A stretch of DNA of 64,000 nucleotides from Tidjanibacter sp. (GTDB lineage: Bacteria > Bacteroidota > Bacteroidia > Bacteroidales > Rikenellaceae). The position numbers and the translations under genes were made by a program. This document shows positions 40,222-51,422 of this stretch, piece after piece. The DNA lies in the NCBI GenBank assembly GCA_017648105.1, contig JAGCJH010000017.1:788-64787 (forward strand), in the 5' to 3' direction. The notes beneath the pieces were generated by a model. The model ran no database searches and was not told the origin of the DNA. It saw only the letters and a program-made list of their open reading frames with translations. Each line of letters opens with the position of its first letter. The stretch's first letter is position 1.

Positions 40222-42703
40222 ATTTGAACTTCACAAGTGTGATACCTGCACCACCACGATCGGGGTGGTCGTCGGTAGCAGAGGCTACTTGGGGAATATA
40301 GCGCAGGTAGCGTCGCACCTCCTCTTTGAGTGCGCCCGTGCCCTTGCCGTGAAGGATGCTCACGGAGCCGATACCCACCATTATGGCATCGTCGATGAAG
40401 TCCTGAACAACATCCATAGCCTCCGCAGCCCTCATACCTCGGATGTCGATGTTATCCTTGAAGGCGAGCTTGCGGCTCGAAATATCGACGCTCACAACGG
40501 TGCGTGCCGTCGTGGGGCGTGTCTGTTTCTTGTATTCGCTCTGCGAGATGGCTTCGAGGCGCTCGATAGCGATGGTGGTGGTAATCTGACCGATAGCAAC
40601 CGTAGCCTTTTTGCCTTTGATGCTCATAACCTCGCCCACGCCATCCTGACCAGTGATGCGCACCTTAGCACCCACAATGACGGGCAATTTCTCGGGTACG
40701 ACAACCTTCGATTCCTCGACCTGCTCGCCACGCTGAGCCTTACGCTCGGCACGCTTCTGGCGACGACGCTCAATCTTCTCCATCTCACGAGCCACCTTCT
40801 CGCTCTCGGCGGAGAGGTAGTCCATCTCGCTCTCCACCATCTCACGCATAGAGTCGAGCTCACGGCGTGCGAGGCGTGTGGTCTCCTTTTCGGCTTGTGA
40901 CTCTCGGATGACACGCACGGTATTCTCAATTGTGCGATTGGTCTGGTTGAGAATCTCTTTGGCATCCTCTTTTGCTTGGCGGATGATTGCTGCACGCTCC
41001 TCTTTGAGCGCTGCAAGGCGGTCGGCATACTCGCTCTCCATCTCCTCCACACGCTTGTCGGCAATGCGTATGCGCTCACGCTTCTGCTCCCAGTAGTTGC
41101 GGTTGCGGGCAACCTCACGGAGTTGTCGTTCGAGGCTTATGACCTCCGAGCCTGCCTTCTCCGAGGCGCTCTTGATGATTGACTCGGGGAGTCCAATCTT
41201 ACGGGCAATCTCAATAGCAAAGGAGCTGCCTGGCTCGCCCATCTCCAAGCGGAATAGGGGACGGATGTTCTGCACATCAAAGAGCATTGCGCCATTTGCT
41301 ACACCTCGGTGGTTGGAGGCGAAATACTTGATGTTGGTATAGTGTGTTGTGATGATTCCATAGGTGCCCGATTCCACAAACCTTTCGAGCATAGCCTCCG
41401 CCATAGCGCCACCAATTGTGGGCTCCGTACCGCTACCAAACTCGTCAATCAGAATGAGGGTTTTGCTACCTGCTCCCGCCAACATCTCTTTCATATTCGT
41501 AAGGTGCGAGGAGTAGGTACTCAGGTCGTTCTCGATGCTCTGCTGGTCGCCAATGTCGATGAAGATATGGTCGAAGAGAGGTAGTTCACTCACGCTCGAT
41601 GCGGGGATTGCTACGCCACATTGGAACATATATTGGAGCAGACCGACGGTTTTCAGGCATACCGACTTGCCGCCCGCATTGGGACCCGAAATTACGAGTA
41701 TGCGTCTATCTTCACGCAGGAGCAAGTCGAGAGGTACAACCTCTTTTTTCTCCCTTGCGTGGCTCTGTTGCAGAAGAGGGTGGCGTGCGTCGCTAAGACG
41801 CAGGGTGCCACTGTCGGAGAGGATTGCCTTCCAAGCGCCATTGTCCATAGCCCAACGAGCTTTTGCACGCAGGAAGTCGAAGTGTGTGAGGTATTTACGA
41901 CTCTCGCTAATGCCTTTGCTCTCGGGACGCAGATTGTCTGTGAGGGCTGTGAGGATGCGGATGACCTCCCTACGCTCGGCATACTCCGCCTCACGCAGCG
42001 CATTGTTGATTTCGACGACCTCTACGGGCTCGATATAGACGGTCTTACCGGTTGCGGATTCGTCGTGTACGAAGCCTTTGAGCTTGCGCTTGTTGCCCGC
42101 AGCAACTGGAATTACGGGGCGACCCTCTCTCACGGAGAGTGTCGTGTCGGGTTCGACGATGCCCTGTCGTATAGCCTCCGCAAGTACGGCTTGCAAGCGG
42201 CGTGCAGCCTGACCTTCGTGAGCCCTAATGGTGCGACGAATCTCATAGAGTTCCACCGAGGCACTATCCCTCACCTCTCCGTGACGATCGATGATGCTCT
42301 CGATGTGACTTATCACCTCGGGGTAGGCATTCACACGCTTGGAGCGTGCAGCCATCAGGGGGTAGTGTTGTTCGCCCGAGAGGAAGAGTTTGGTCGCCTC
42401 GCTCACGCATTTCAGACCATCTTTGAGTGCCAAGAGTTCCTCTGCCTCCAAGAAGGTGCCCTCCACGGAGAGTTTTGCAACCACAGGAGCAAACTCCACG
42501 AGTTCCCCTTTTGGGAAGTATTGCTCCATCATCAGAGCAACCCTCACCTCCTCTGCCGTTGCCTGCATCTCCTCCACCTCGCTGGCGAGGGTGCAGAACG
42601 CCATATCCGCAACCAAACTCCTACCGCCCTCCGTAGAGCAGCGTTCGGCAATCTGCTTGCGAATCTTATCAAATCCTAACTTTATTTCGAGTTTTGTGTA
42701 CAT
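40220..42703 (-). CDS. mutS2: MutS2 endonuclease (Smr domain)
   Basis: SGPNAGGKS, DIGDQQSIENDLSTYSSH, DEFGSGT and Smr HGKGTG motifs. Confidence 0.96.
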   Translation of the reverse strand: MYTKLEIKLGFDKIRKQIAERCSTEGGRSLVADMAFCTLASEVEEMQATAEEVRVALMMEQYFPKGELVEFAPVVAKLSVEGTFLEAEELLALKDGLKCVSEATKLFLSGEQHYPLMAARSKRVNAYPEVISHIESIIDRHGEVRDSASVELYEIRRTIRAHEGQAARRLQAVLAEAIRQGIVEPDTTLSVREGRPVIPVAAGNKRKLKGFVHDESATGKTVYIEPVEVVEINNALREAEYAERREVIRILTALTDNLRPESKGISESRKYLTHFDFLRAKARWAMDNGAWKAILSDSGTLRLSDARHPLLQQSHAREKKEVVPLDLLLREDRRILVISGPNAGGKSVCLKTVGLLQYMFQCGVAIPASSVSELPLFDHIFIDIGDQQSIENDLSTYSSHLTNMKEMLAGAGSKTLILIDEFGSGTEPTIGGAMAEAMLERFVESGTYGIITTHYTNIKYFASNHRGVANGAMLFDVQNIRPLFRLEMGEPGSSFAIEIARKIGLPESIIKSASEKAGSEVISLERQLREVARNRNYWEQKRERIRIADKRVEEMESEYADRLAALKEERAAIIRQAKEDAKEILNQTNRTIENTVRVIRESQAEKETTRLARRELDSMREMVESEMDYLSAESEKVAREMEKIERRRQKRAERKAQRGEQVEESKVVVPEKLPVIVGAKVRITGQDGVGEVMSIKGKKATVAIGQITTTIAIERLEAISQSEYKKQTRPTTARTVVSVDISSRKLAFKDNIDIRGMRAAEAMDVVQDFIDDAIMVGIGSVSILHGKGTGALKEEVRRYLRYIPQVASATDDHPDRGGAGITLVKFK

Positions 42704-42756
42704 ACTTTTCGTTTGCCGTCTTTTCGAGTAAAAAAATACTCTTTACTCACTGCTCG

Positions 42757-45453
42757 TTAGTCATCGTACATATTGTCGTAGTGCGAGGAGCTCTTCTCGT
42801 ATTTGAGGTCTTGGAGCAGTGAGGACTTCACGCTGATGTTGAAGCTCCAACTCTTACGATAACCAAACGGCACGCACGAGAAGTTCATCTGCCAACAGTG
42901 CAAATCCCTGACAAGTGTTACAACGCCCGGGGTTAGTTCCTTGTTGTCGAAGTCGTAACCACCCGTATATGTGATTGCCCATTTCTTGTCCTTGTCGAGA
43001 GTCAGTGAGCCGTTGAAACCGAGCGTATTGACAATCTTCGGTTTTACACCATTGTTGGTGTAGTTGATAGAGTAGTTGAACGAGAAGTTCCACGGCATCG
43101 AGAAGTCGTAGTACTGCGAGGTCATCAGCTGGCGACGCAGAGCAGGGTCAAGCGGGTCGTTCGGGTCGTAAAAATAGGGGTTGGAGTACTCGGGGTACTG
43201 CTTGGAGATGTCGTTGATGGTCGCCTCGGTGTAGAGGTCGGAGGAACGGAAGGTGTAGCCACACGACCAACCAGTCGATGCGATACGACCGGGGAGTCCT
43301 CGACGCCACATAAGTTTGTCATAGCGCAGACCTGTGGTCTTATCAACCTCGTAGGGGTCGAGGGTCATCGAGAGGTTGATACCGAAGTTCTTGATGATAT
43401 TGGAGCGAATACGCACGGGAATTGTCGAGAGTTTCATTGAGTCCGCAAGGAAGTTGTAGTTCAATGAGAAGGAGAAGTTGTCGATAATCTTCACTTTCTT
43501 CACACCCGTCGTATCCTGATCGCTGGCAATCTTCGCTTCAAGGGTTTGATCTACCGAGAGCGAGAGGCTCGCACTCTTACCGCTACCAGGCACGCCATAC
43601 ATCTCCGACGAGTAGGGCGAGTAGCGCTTGGTTCTGGTACCATCCTCATTTGCCTGAATGGTTTTCCAGTAGCCATATTTCTCCGAGCCAAAGTCGGGCG
43701 ATACGGATGCCGAGGCGGAGAGGTTGATGGTGTGGCGTACCGCTTTGAGCCAACTCTCGGGGTTCTTGAACTGATACATACCATAGAGTGTGGTGTTGGC
43801 AGAAACCGATGCCGAGTAGTCATAGACACGATAGAAGCCCCTCGTGGTGTCCTGCACAATGGCGCCTGCCTCGGGGTCCCAGTTCTGGTTGATGCGACGG
43901 AAGTACCACCTCTCGTTGTAGTTCACAGAGGGCGAAAGGTTGATAAAACCGAGGATGTTGAACGAGGCACTCACGGGGAGGGTGTGCTTCACACCATTCT
44001 TGAACTGACCGAGCGTTTCGGGCTTCATCAGTTCATCGTATGTGGTGCTGATGCTGTTCTGCAACTGCGCCTTGTAGGTCATTGCAATCTTCTCATACCA
44101 ACGCTCCTTACCCACCATAACTTTGCGCTTGAAGGGGAAGAAACGGCTGACATTGAAGTTCATATTGGGAAGACCGAGCGATACAGCTCCGGTGTTGAAG
44201 TTCTGCGAATAGTTGAGGTTGGCAGACATACTAATAGGCGTACCTTTCCACGAGTGGGAGTAGGCAATAGATGAGGTGGTCTGTGCCGAGAGGTAGTCAG
44301 TCAGATTATTTGAGGCGTTCTTGTTGTAACCGGGCGTCGAGAAATTGACATTTGCCGAGAAGGTCGAGTTGGGGTTGAATTTGGCATCCTGCGAGTGGGT
44401 CCAAGTGAGCCTGATGTTACTCTGGTTTACATAGTCTGCCGAGCCCTTGTCGCCCGAGATTGTCTTGGCATAGTTGAAGCCGAGTGAGCCGTTGAACTTA
44501 TAGCGCACACGATAGGATGACGAAGCGTTGATTTCCCACGAGCCGAGTGTGTAGATACCACCCGTGATTTTGAAGTCGAGGTAGTCGTTGATGTGGAAGT
44601 AGTAACCGCCATTTTTCAGGTAGAAACCTCGCAAGTTCTCCTCACCATAGGAGGGCATAATGAAACCCGTCTTGCGCTCCATATTCATCGGGAAGAAAAT
44701 CTCGGGAATCATCACGGGGAGGGGCACATCGGCAATCACGAGGTAGAGAGGACCCGACACGATTTTCTTGCCAGGGATAAACTTAGCCTTCGACATACTG
44801 ATGAAGAAGTGGGGGTGGTTGGTGTCCTCGCAGGTGGTATAAACACCGCCCTTGATGTTGAACGACTTGTCCGCCATCATCTTTACCTCTTTACCCGTCA
44901 GGTAACCCTCGCCATCCTTAGTCACCACACCCTTGATTTTTGCCTTCTTGGTGTTGATGTTGTAGGTCACGGTGTCCATCGTGTAGGTCGAGCCCGCCTC
45001 GGTAAATTCGGGGCGAGTGTGTCCATAGGCGGAGGTGTCTGCCTTTCCATAGGCAAGAATCTCCTTGTCCTCCATCGACACACGCATATAGTCCGCCTTG
45101 ATGTTCATATTGCCATAGGTTACATCGCCCTGCTCGTAGATGTGTACCATCTTGCCTCGCACATCATAGTAGAGCGAGTCCTTGTTTTTGCCGTCGATAA
45201 CCTCATCGAGGAAGTTGCGCTGCTTGCGCTTGCCTGCGGTGTCGGCAGGGAGCACCAACAATGAGTCAATAGTCCTATTTTCTGCCCTATGCAACAATTC
45301 TTCGTTTGCCCTCGAAGCGCCCATTGAGTGGAGGCTATCGGCAGTTGGGCGCACAAAATTTTCTCCCGTAGGGAGAGTTTGTGCACCGAGGGTGGTTACA
45401 CAGAGTAGTGCCACCAACGAAAAAAGAGTGTATTTTATGCTTTTCCGTGTCAA
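42757..45453 (-). CDS. putative LPS assembly outer-membrane protein (LptD-like); start codon uncertain (45453/45471/45495)
   Basis: Signal peptide, YTTC..HPHF, aromatic beta-barrel pattern, RDLHCW; divergent from the amidase as is usual in Bacteroidota. Confidence 0.85.
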   Translation of the reverse strand: MTRKSIKYTLFSLVALLCVTTLGAQTLPTGENFVRPTADSLHSMGASRANEELLHRAENRTIDSLLVLPADTAGKRKQRNFLDEVIDGKNKDSLYYDVRGKMVHIYEQGDVTYGNMNIKADYMRVSMEDKEILAYGKADTSAYGHTRPEFTEAGSTYTMDTVTYNINTKKAKIKGVVTKDGEGYLTGKEVKMMADKSFNIKGGVYTTCEDTNHPHFFISMSKAKFIPGKKIVSGPLYLVIADVPLPVMIPEIFFPMNMERKTGFIMPSYGEENLRGFYLKNGGYYFHINDYLDFKITGGIYTLGSWEINASSSYRVRYKFNGSLGFNYAKTISGDKGSADYVNQSNIRLTWTHSQDAKFNPNSTFSANVNFSTPGYNKNASNNLTDYLSAQTTSSIAYSHSWKGTPISMSANLNYSQNFNTGAVSLGLPNMNFNVSRFFPFKRKVMVGKERWYEKIAMTYKAQLQNSISTTYDELMKPETLGQFKNGVKHTLPVSASFNILGFINLSPSVNYNERWYFRRINQNWDPEAGAIVQDTTRGFYRVYDYSASVSANTTLYGMYQFKNPESWLKAVRHTINLSASASVSPDFGSEKYGYWKTIQANEDGTRTKRYSPYSSEMYGVPGSGKSASLSLSVDQTLEAKIASDQDTTGVKKVKIIDNFSFSLNYNFLADSMKLSTIPVRIRSNIIKNFGINLSMTLDPYEVDKTTGLRYDKLMWRRGLPGRIASTGWSCGYTFRSSDLYTEATINDISKQYPEYSNPYFYDPNDPLDPALRRQLMTSQYYDFSMPWNFSFNYSINYTNNGVKPKIVNTLGFNGSLTLDKDKKWAITYTGGYDFDNKELTPGVVTLVRDLHCWQMNFSCVPFGYRKSWSFNISVKSSLLQDLKYEKSSSHYDNMYDD

Positions 45454-45563
45454 AATATCGCAAAAAATCATTAACTTTGCCGACAGAGTCGGCAAAAAAA
45501 CCTAAAACCTTGATTGTTAGCACCCTTGTGGGTGTAATCAATCAGCAAAAATAGTAAAAAACA

Positions 45564-46688
45564 ATGAAATTTACAACTCGTGTACTACTCATATTAACGC
45601 TCCTTCTTCCCACGCTCGTATGCGCGCAAGGAAAAATCGACTCGGCAGAGAGGCGACTCTCTACCGTTGTTATCGATGCAGGTCACGGAGGTAAGGATCC
45701 GGGTTGCACTTGGGGTAAGCACACCGAGAAGGAGTTGAACTTGAAGGTTGCGCTTCTGTTGGGTGGTATGATTGAGGATGCCTATAACGATGTGACGGTC
45801 ATCTACACCCGTAGTGATGATAGGTTTGTGGAACTCCACACGAGGGGTGATATTGCCAATAAAGCAAATGCCGACCTCTTTATCTCAATTCACACCGATG
45901 CGGTGGGTAACAATGAGGCGCACGGTAGCAGTACCTACATTATGGGTAATGACAAGAGTGAGAAAAACCTCGCCGTGGCGCAGAGGGAAAACTCGGTAAT
46001 CGTGATGGAGGGCGACTATGAGGAGAAATATGAGGGATACGACCCTTCGAGTGCTGAGAGTTTCATCATCTTCTCGCTGATGCAGTATGCCTACTCGGAG
46101 CAGAGTATGGTTTTTGCGGAGATGATACAGAAGCATTACAAGCTCAATACCCCCATTGTGGATCGTGGTGCAAGGCAGGGTCCCTATCTTGTTTTGTGGC
46201 GCACAGCGATGCCTGCGGTGCTCACCGAGATGGGTTTTATGACACACAAGGGCGATCGTGACTATCTCCACAGTGAGGTTGGTCAGAAGCAGATTGCAAA
46301 GGCTCTCTTTGACGCTTTCAGCGAGTATCGCACAAGGTGCAATGCAAAGGCTGAGCAGTCGGGCATTGCAAAACCTACGGAGGTGGTACAGACCGCAGCC
46401 CCCGCCCCCAAGCAGGAGGTAAAACCTGCGCCCACCCCTAAGCAGGAGTCGAAACCTGCGGTTAAGCAGTCGAGCGCCCCTATGTGTTATGTGCAAATTT
46501 GCACCCTATCCAAGAAGAGCGACCCCAATGACCGTAAGTTCGGCAAGTGGGCAGGCAAGATTGTGCAGAAGCAGACCTCCTCGGGTAAGTGGCGTTGCCT
46601 GATTCCTGCATCCTCCACAGAGGAGGCAAGGGCTATTAAGGCAGAAGCCGAGAAGAGTTTTGCAGGGGCGTATATAGTCAAGGAGTAG
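45564..46688 (+). CDS. N-acetylmuramoyl-L-alanine amidase (Amidase_3) with SPOR-like C-terminus
   Basis: IDAGHGGKDPG, EKELNL, FISIH and PAVLTEMGF motifs. Confidence 0.95.
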   Translation: MKFTTRVLLILTLLLPTLVCAQGKIDSAERRLSTVVIDAGHGGKDPGCTWGKHTEKELNLKVALLLGGMIEDAYNDVTVIYTRSDDRFVELHTRGDIANKANADLFISIHTDAVGNNEAHGSSTYIMGNDKSEKNLAVAQRENSVIVMEGDYEEKYEGYDPSSAESFIIFSLMQYAYSEQSMVFAEMIQKHYKLNTPIVDRGARQGPYLVLWRTAMPAVLTEMGFMTHKGDRDYLHSEVGQKQIAKALFDAFSEYRTRCNAKAEQSGIAKPTEVVQTAAPAPKQEVKPAPTPKQESKPAVKQSSAPMCYVQICTLSKKSDPNDRKFGKWAGKIVQKQTSSGKWRCLIPASSTEEARAIKAEAEKSFAGAYIVKE

Positions 46689-46719
46689 TGGGCATCTGGA
46701 TGGCAAAGGGTCGTTGTCT

Positions 46720-46793
46720 TTAACGCCATTAAAGTCCTTAAAGCCCTTAATGCCCTTACTTAGTGCCCTTAGTGCCATTAAAGCCTTTAAGGC
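46720..46793. repeat. 9-bp tandem repeat (family A, reverse)
   Basis: cgccattaa agtccttaa agcccttaa tgcccttac. Confidence 0.8.
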
Positions 46794-46861
46794 ATAGCAA
46801 GTTCAGTCTTGAAGGCTTCAAGAAAAGAGGAAAAACAAAACAAACTAAATAAAGAAGAAAA

Positions 46862-48949
46862 ATGAAAACGAAAATTTTGACAGCAATTATGGCAACAGCA
46901 ATGCTTTGCGGCTGCGGTGATTCTATGAGGAATAATCCGCTTATCAATCAGGGCGATACCCCCTATGGTACGCCCGAGTTCTCGAAGATTAAGATGGAGC
47001 ACTATATGCCCGCTTTTGACTACGCTTTGGCGGAGGCTCGTGCGGAGATGGATGCTATCATCTACAATGAGGAGGAGCCTACATTTGAAAATACCATTGT
47101 GGCTATGGAGCGCAGTGGCGCACTTTTGGATAGGGTCTCGACCATCTTCTTTGTGCTTAATAGCAACGAGACCAGCGATGAGATGCAGGCTCTCGCCCTT
47201 GAAGTGCAGCCTAAACTTATCGCCTACTCGAATGATATCAACCTCAATCCTACGCTCTGGGAGAGGGTGAAGAAGGTGTATGAGCAGAGGGAAAGCCTCA
47301 ATCTGAATGAGGAGGATGCACGCCTCTTGGAGGATACCTATAAGGGCTTTGTGCGCAATGGTGCAAACCTTGCCGAGGAGCAGAAGGAGGAGTACAGGAA
47401 GATTTCCGAGGAGCTCTCGTCGCTCTCATTGCAGTTTGAGCAGAATGTGCTTGCGGCTACCAATGCTTTCAGCCTGAACATTACCGACGAGTCGCAGGTT
47501 GCCGAGCTTCCCGCCTTTGTGCGTGATGCAATGGCTTCGGAGGCGAAGGCTCGTGGCGAGGAGGGTTGGACCGTGACACTCCAATATGCAAGTATGTTTC
47601 CCTTTATGACCTACTCGTCCAATCGTGAGCTTAAAGAGAAAGTGTGGATGGCGTCGAATAGCCGCTGCGTGGGCGATGAGTACAATAACCTTGATATTGT
47701 TAAGCGCATCACCGAGCTCCGCTTGCAGAATGCCCGCTTGTTTGGCTACAACAACTTCGCAGAGTATGTGCTCGAAGAGCGTATGGCAGAGAATACCACT
47801 ACCGTAAATAACTTCCTCGAAGAACTGAGGGGTGCGACTATCAGGTATGCAAAGAAGGACTACCAGACCGTATCTCGCTTTGCTCGTCGCAATGGTGCAG
47901 ACTATGAGTTGATGCCTTGGGACTGGTCGTACTGGAACGAAAAATATAAAGTTGCAACCTTCGACTACAATGAGGAGGATGTGAAACCCTATTTCGAGCT
48001 CGAAAATGTCAAGAAGGGTATCTTTGAACTCGCAGAGAGGCTCTATGGTATTCGTTTTGTTGAGAATTCGGAGATTGAGGTATATCACCCCGATGTGAAG
48101 GCTTACGATGTTTTGGAGGAGAATGGCGACTTCCTCGGCGTTCTCTATATGGACTTCTTCCCCCGTGCGACCAAGCGTGGTGGTGCGTGGATGACCGCAT
48201 TCCGTGAGATGTACACCGAGGATGGCAAAGAGGTGCGTCCCTTCATCTCGCTCTGTGGCAACTTCACAAAGCCCACCGAGACCTCGCCTTCGCTCCTTAC
48301 CTTCGATGAGTTTGAGACCTTCCTCCACGAGTTTGGTCACTGCTTGCACGGACTCTTTGCAAAGGGCACATACAAGTCGCTCACTGGTACAAATGTATAT
48401 CGTGACTTCGTGGAGCTTCCCAGTCAGGTGTTGGAGAACTGGGCAATCCGCCCCGAGTTCCTCGACATTGTAGCTGTTCACTACCAGACTGGCGAGAAGA
48501 TGCCCGCAGAGTTGCGCAATAAAATTATCGACTCCAAGAAATACCTCGCAGCCTATATGAACATCCGTCAGGTGTCGTTCGGTATGATTGATATGGCATA
48601 CCACACCATCACTGAGCCTATTGAGGATGTTATGGCATTCGAGAAGAAGGCAGCGGCTCCCGCACAGGTGCTCCCCGTAGTTGATGGTACACATATGGGT
48701 TGCTCCTTCACACACATCTTCTCGGGAGGTTATGCGGCTGGTTACTACGGTTACAAGTGGGCAGAGGTGCTCGATGCAGACGCCTTTGAGCTCTTCAAGG
48801 AGATGGGTATCTTCTCTCGTGAGTGTGGCAATCGTTTCCGTGAGGAGGTGCTCTCCAAAGGTGGCATCCGTCATCCTATGGAGCTCTATGTTGCCTTCCG
48901 AGGTCATAAGCCCGAGACTCAGGCACTTATTGATGAGATTTTGAGGTAG
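46862..48949 (+). CDS. M3 family metallopeptidase (Dcp-like), second paralog
   Basis: LHEFGHCLH, DFVELPSQ and YYGYKWAEVLDAD motifs; lipoprotein-like signal. Confidence 0.94.
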   Translation: MKTKILTAIMATAMLCGCGDSMRNNPLINQGDTPYGTPEFSKIKMEHYMPAFDYALAEARAEMDAIIYNEEEPTFENTIVAMERSGALLDRVSTIFFVLNSNETSDEMQALALEVQPKLIAYSNDINLNPTLWERVKKVYEQRESLNLNEEDARLLEDTYKGFVRNGANLAEEQKEEYRKISEELSSLSLQFEQNVLAATNAFSLNITDESQVAELPAFVRDAMASEAKARGEEGWTVTLQYASMFPFMTYSSNRELKEKVWMASNSRCVGDEYNNLDIVKRITELRLQNARLFGYNNFAEYVLEERMAENTTTVNNFLEELRGATIRYAKKDYQTVSRFARRNGADYELMPWDWSYWNEKYKVATFDYNEEDVKPYFELENVKKGIFELAERLYGIRFVENSEIEVYHPDVKAYDVLEENGDFLGVLYMDFFPRATKRGGAWMTAFREMYTEDGKEVRPFISLCGNFTKPTETSPSLLTFDEFETFLHEFGHCLHGLFAKGTYKSLTGTNVYRDFVELPSQVLENWAIRPEFLDIVAVHYQTGEKMPAELRNKIIDSKKYLAAYMNIRQVSFGMIDMAYHTITEPIEDVMAFEKKAAAPAQVLPVVDGTHMGCSFTHIFSGGYAAGYYGYKWAEVLDADAFELFKEMGIFSRECGNRFREEVLSKGGIRHPMELYVAFRGHKPETQALIDEILR

Positions 48950-49029
48950 CGATAGCGAGTTTGCCTTGTGGGCAATTTCGTCGTTGTGTTTTTGGTGTGG
49001 CTTTTTACAAAAAGTCACAAAAGAAAAAA

Positions 49030-49092
49030 TCGGTCGTCGGTCGTCGGTTGTCGGCAGGCAAATCGTTAGACCTTGGACCTTAGATGTTAGAC
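49030..49092. repeat. two adjacent heptamer tandem repeats, (TCGGTCG)n and (TTAGACC)n
   Basis: tcggtcg tcggtcg tcggttg tcggcag ... ttagacc ttggacc ttagatg ttagac. Confidence 0.75.
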
Positions 49093-49105
49093 AATAAATC
49101 AAAGT

Positions 49106-51421
49106 ATGAAGTATAGACTATCGGAGATTGCGGACATCGTGTCGAGGGGTAGGCTCCTCGGGGCAGATGTGGAGGTGGGGAGTGTTATGACCGACTCACG
49201 CCACAGCTTTGCTGTGGAGAGTGCGCCCCTCTTTGTGGCTATTGCGGGCGAAAATCACGATGGTCACAACTTCATTGGCGACTTGTATCGCCGAGGCGTT
49301 AGGGCGTTCTTGGTGGAGAGGGAGGTTGCCGTCGAGGAGTTCCCCGAGGCGGGCTTTGTGGTAGTTGGGCGCTCGTTGCGTGCTTTGCAGGAGTTGGCAG
49401 CAGACTATCGCTCGAAGTTCGGGGGTGTGATGGTTGCTGTCACAGGCTCGACGGGTAAGACCACCGTCAAGGAGTGGATAGTGCAGTCGGCACCTGCGGG
49501 TGTGAGGGTCTTCCGTTCGCCGAGGAGTTTCAACTCCCAACTGGGCGTGGCGCTCTCACTCCTGATGATGGAGGGCAACGAGGATATTGCAGTCATTGAG
49601 GCGGGAATCTCTCGCCCCGATGAGATGGCACGCCTCGAAAGTATCATCCGCCCCGATATCGGTATCTTCACATCCTTGGAGTCGCAGCACGATGAAAACT
49701 TCATAGATAGGGCACATAAGGCAGCTGAGAAGGCGGTGCTTTTTGCTCGTACTCGCAAGGTTATCTACAACGCCTCCAATCGCTACATCCGTGAGGCGCT
49801 TGCGGCTGTGAGGTGCAAAGTGGGCGTGGAGAGTATGAGGGCTATGGTGGGCGAGTTGTATGCACAGCTCGGCTATGATAGGGCAGAGGTGGAGAGTAGG
49901 CTCTCGGCAAGTGAGCCCGTAAGGTTGCACCTCTCGCTTGCGGAGGGTCTTGGTGGTTCGCTGATATTGAGCGACACGCACAACTCGGACATCAACTCCA
50001 TAGCTATTGCTCTCGACTCACTCGCAGAGGTGGCGGGCGGTCGCAGGAGAGTAGTGGTGCTCTCGGATATGCTTTATAGCACCCTGCCAGACGAGGAAAT
50101 ATACTCCCGTGTGGCGCAGGCTACCGTAGCTGCTGGGGTCGATATGGTCATTGGCATTGGTCGCTACATCGCTGCACACAAACACTTCTTTGCCGATACG
50201 GACGAATTCTACTCCTCGGCAGACGAATTTCTGAAAATACTCACACAGGACCGCTTTGAGGGGGCAGCAGTGCTCATCAAGGGAGGTCCAATGTCGGGCT
50301 TCGATAGGATTGTTCACACACTCTCTCGCAGGAGCCATACGACGGTCTTGGAGGTAAATCTTACGGCTATGGTTGCCAACCTTAACCGCTATCGCTCACG
50401 CTTGCCCAAGGGTACGAGGATGATGACGATGGTTAAGGCGTCGGGCTATGGTCACGGCGACTATGAGATAGCCGCAGCATTGCAACACGAGGGTGTGGAC
50501 TATCTCGCAGTGGCGTTTGCTGACGAGGGCGTGCTCCTCAGGCAGAAGGGTATCACGATGCCCATCGTGGTGCTCAATGCCGATGCGGATAGCTTCTCGC
50601 TGATGTGCTCCTACCGCTTGGAGCCCGAGATATACAATTTCTCCTCGCTCGAAGCCTTTGCAATGGCAGTGGAGGGTGCGGGCGAGAGCGACTACCCCAT
50701 ACATCTGAAAATTGATAGCGGTATGCACCGTCTCGGTTTCCAGAGAGAGGATGTGGGGAGGCTTACAGAGCGACTTGCCCAGATGAAGGGTCTTCTTACT
50801 GTGAGGAGTATCTTCTCCCACTTCGCAACAGCCGATATGGCAGAGGAGGTGGGGTTTGTGAAGACTCAACAGAGTACATTCGAGGAGATTTCGGGAGCTA
50901 TCATTCAGTCGCTCCCCTACAAACCCCTCAGACACATCAACAATACGGCAGGTATGGAGCACTATGCCTCCTCGACCTACGATATGTGCCGTCTTGGTAT
51001 TGGACTCTATGGTGTGGGCGAGGGTGTGACTCCCATTTCGAGGCTCACAACACGCATCGTGCAGGTCAAAACACTCACAGAGGGCGAGAGCGTAGGCTAC
51101 GGTAGGGCTGGGAAGATTGAGTGCCCCACGAGGGTGGCAACAATCCCCATAGGCTATGCCGACGGCTTGGATCGTAGGCTCGGATGTGGCGTGTGGTCTG
51201 TGGGCGTGGCGGGCGTGATGTGCCCCATCATCGGCAGAGTATGTATGGATAGCTGTATGGTCGATGTGAGCGCCGTGGAGTGCAAGGAGGGCGATGAGGT
51301 TGTAATCTTCGGTGGCGAGGGTAGGGCGCTGTGCGATATGGCAGCGGTGCTCGACACAATCCCCTATGAAGTGATGACCTCCATTTCCGCACGAGTGAAA
51401 CGCATATATGTAAAGGAGTAA
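49106..51421 (+). CDS. alr: bifunctional MurF-like ligase/alanine racemase fusion
   Basis: TDSR, VTGSTGKT and SFNSQLG (MurF); MVKASGYGHG, HLKIDSGMHRLG, GYADG and GRVCMD (Alr). Confidence 0.93.
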   Translation: MKYRLSEIADIVSRGRLLGADVEVGSVMTDSRHSFAVESAPLFVAIAGENHDGHNFIGDLYRRGVRAFLVEREVAVEEFPEAGFVVVGRSLRALQELAADYRSKFGGVMVAVTGSTGKTTVKEWIVQSAPAGVRVFRSPRSFNSQLGVALSLLMMEGNEDIAVIEAGISRPDEMARLESIIRPDIGIFTSLESQHDENFIDRAHKAAEKAVLFARTRKVIYNASNRYIREALAAVRCKVGVESMRAMVGELYAQLGYDRAEVESRLSASEPVRLHLSLAEGLGGSLILSDTHNSDINSIAIALDSLAEVAGGRRRVVVLSDMLYSTLPDEEIYSRVAQATVAAGVDMVIGIGRYIAAHKHFFADTDEFYSSADEFLKILTQDRFEGAAVLIKGGPMSGFDRIVHTLSRRSHTTVLEVNLTAMVANLNRYRSRLPKGTRMMTMVKASGYGHGDYEIAAALQHEGVDYLAVAFADEGVLLRQKGITMPIVVLNADADSFSLMCSYRLEPEIYNFSSLEAFAMAVEGAGESDYPIHLKIDSGMHRLGFQREDVGRLTERLAQMKGLLTVRSIFSHFATADMAEEVGFVKTQQSTFEEISGAIIQSLPYKPLRHINNTAGMEHYASSTYDMCRLGIGLYGVGEGVTPISRLTTRIVQVKTLTEGESVGYGRAGKIECPTRVATIPIGYADGLDRRLGCGVWSVGVAGVMCPIIGRVCMDSCMVDVSAVECKEGDEVVIFGGEGRALCDMAAVLDTIPYEVMTSISARVKRIYVKE

Positions 51422-51422
51422 G

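Noticed and set aside
45564-46688. Amidase as the missing endolysin
   Set aside because: It has a signal peptide and a SPOR-like domain and sits in the usual housekeeping position divergent from the lptD-like gene.
49106-51421. MurF-Alr fusion as a novelty
   Set aside because: This fusion is already known and common in Bacteroidota.
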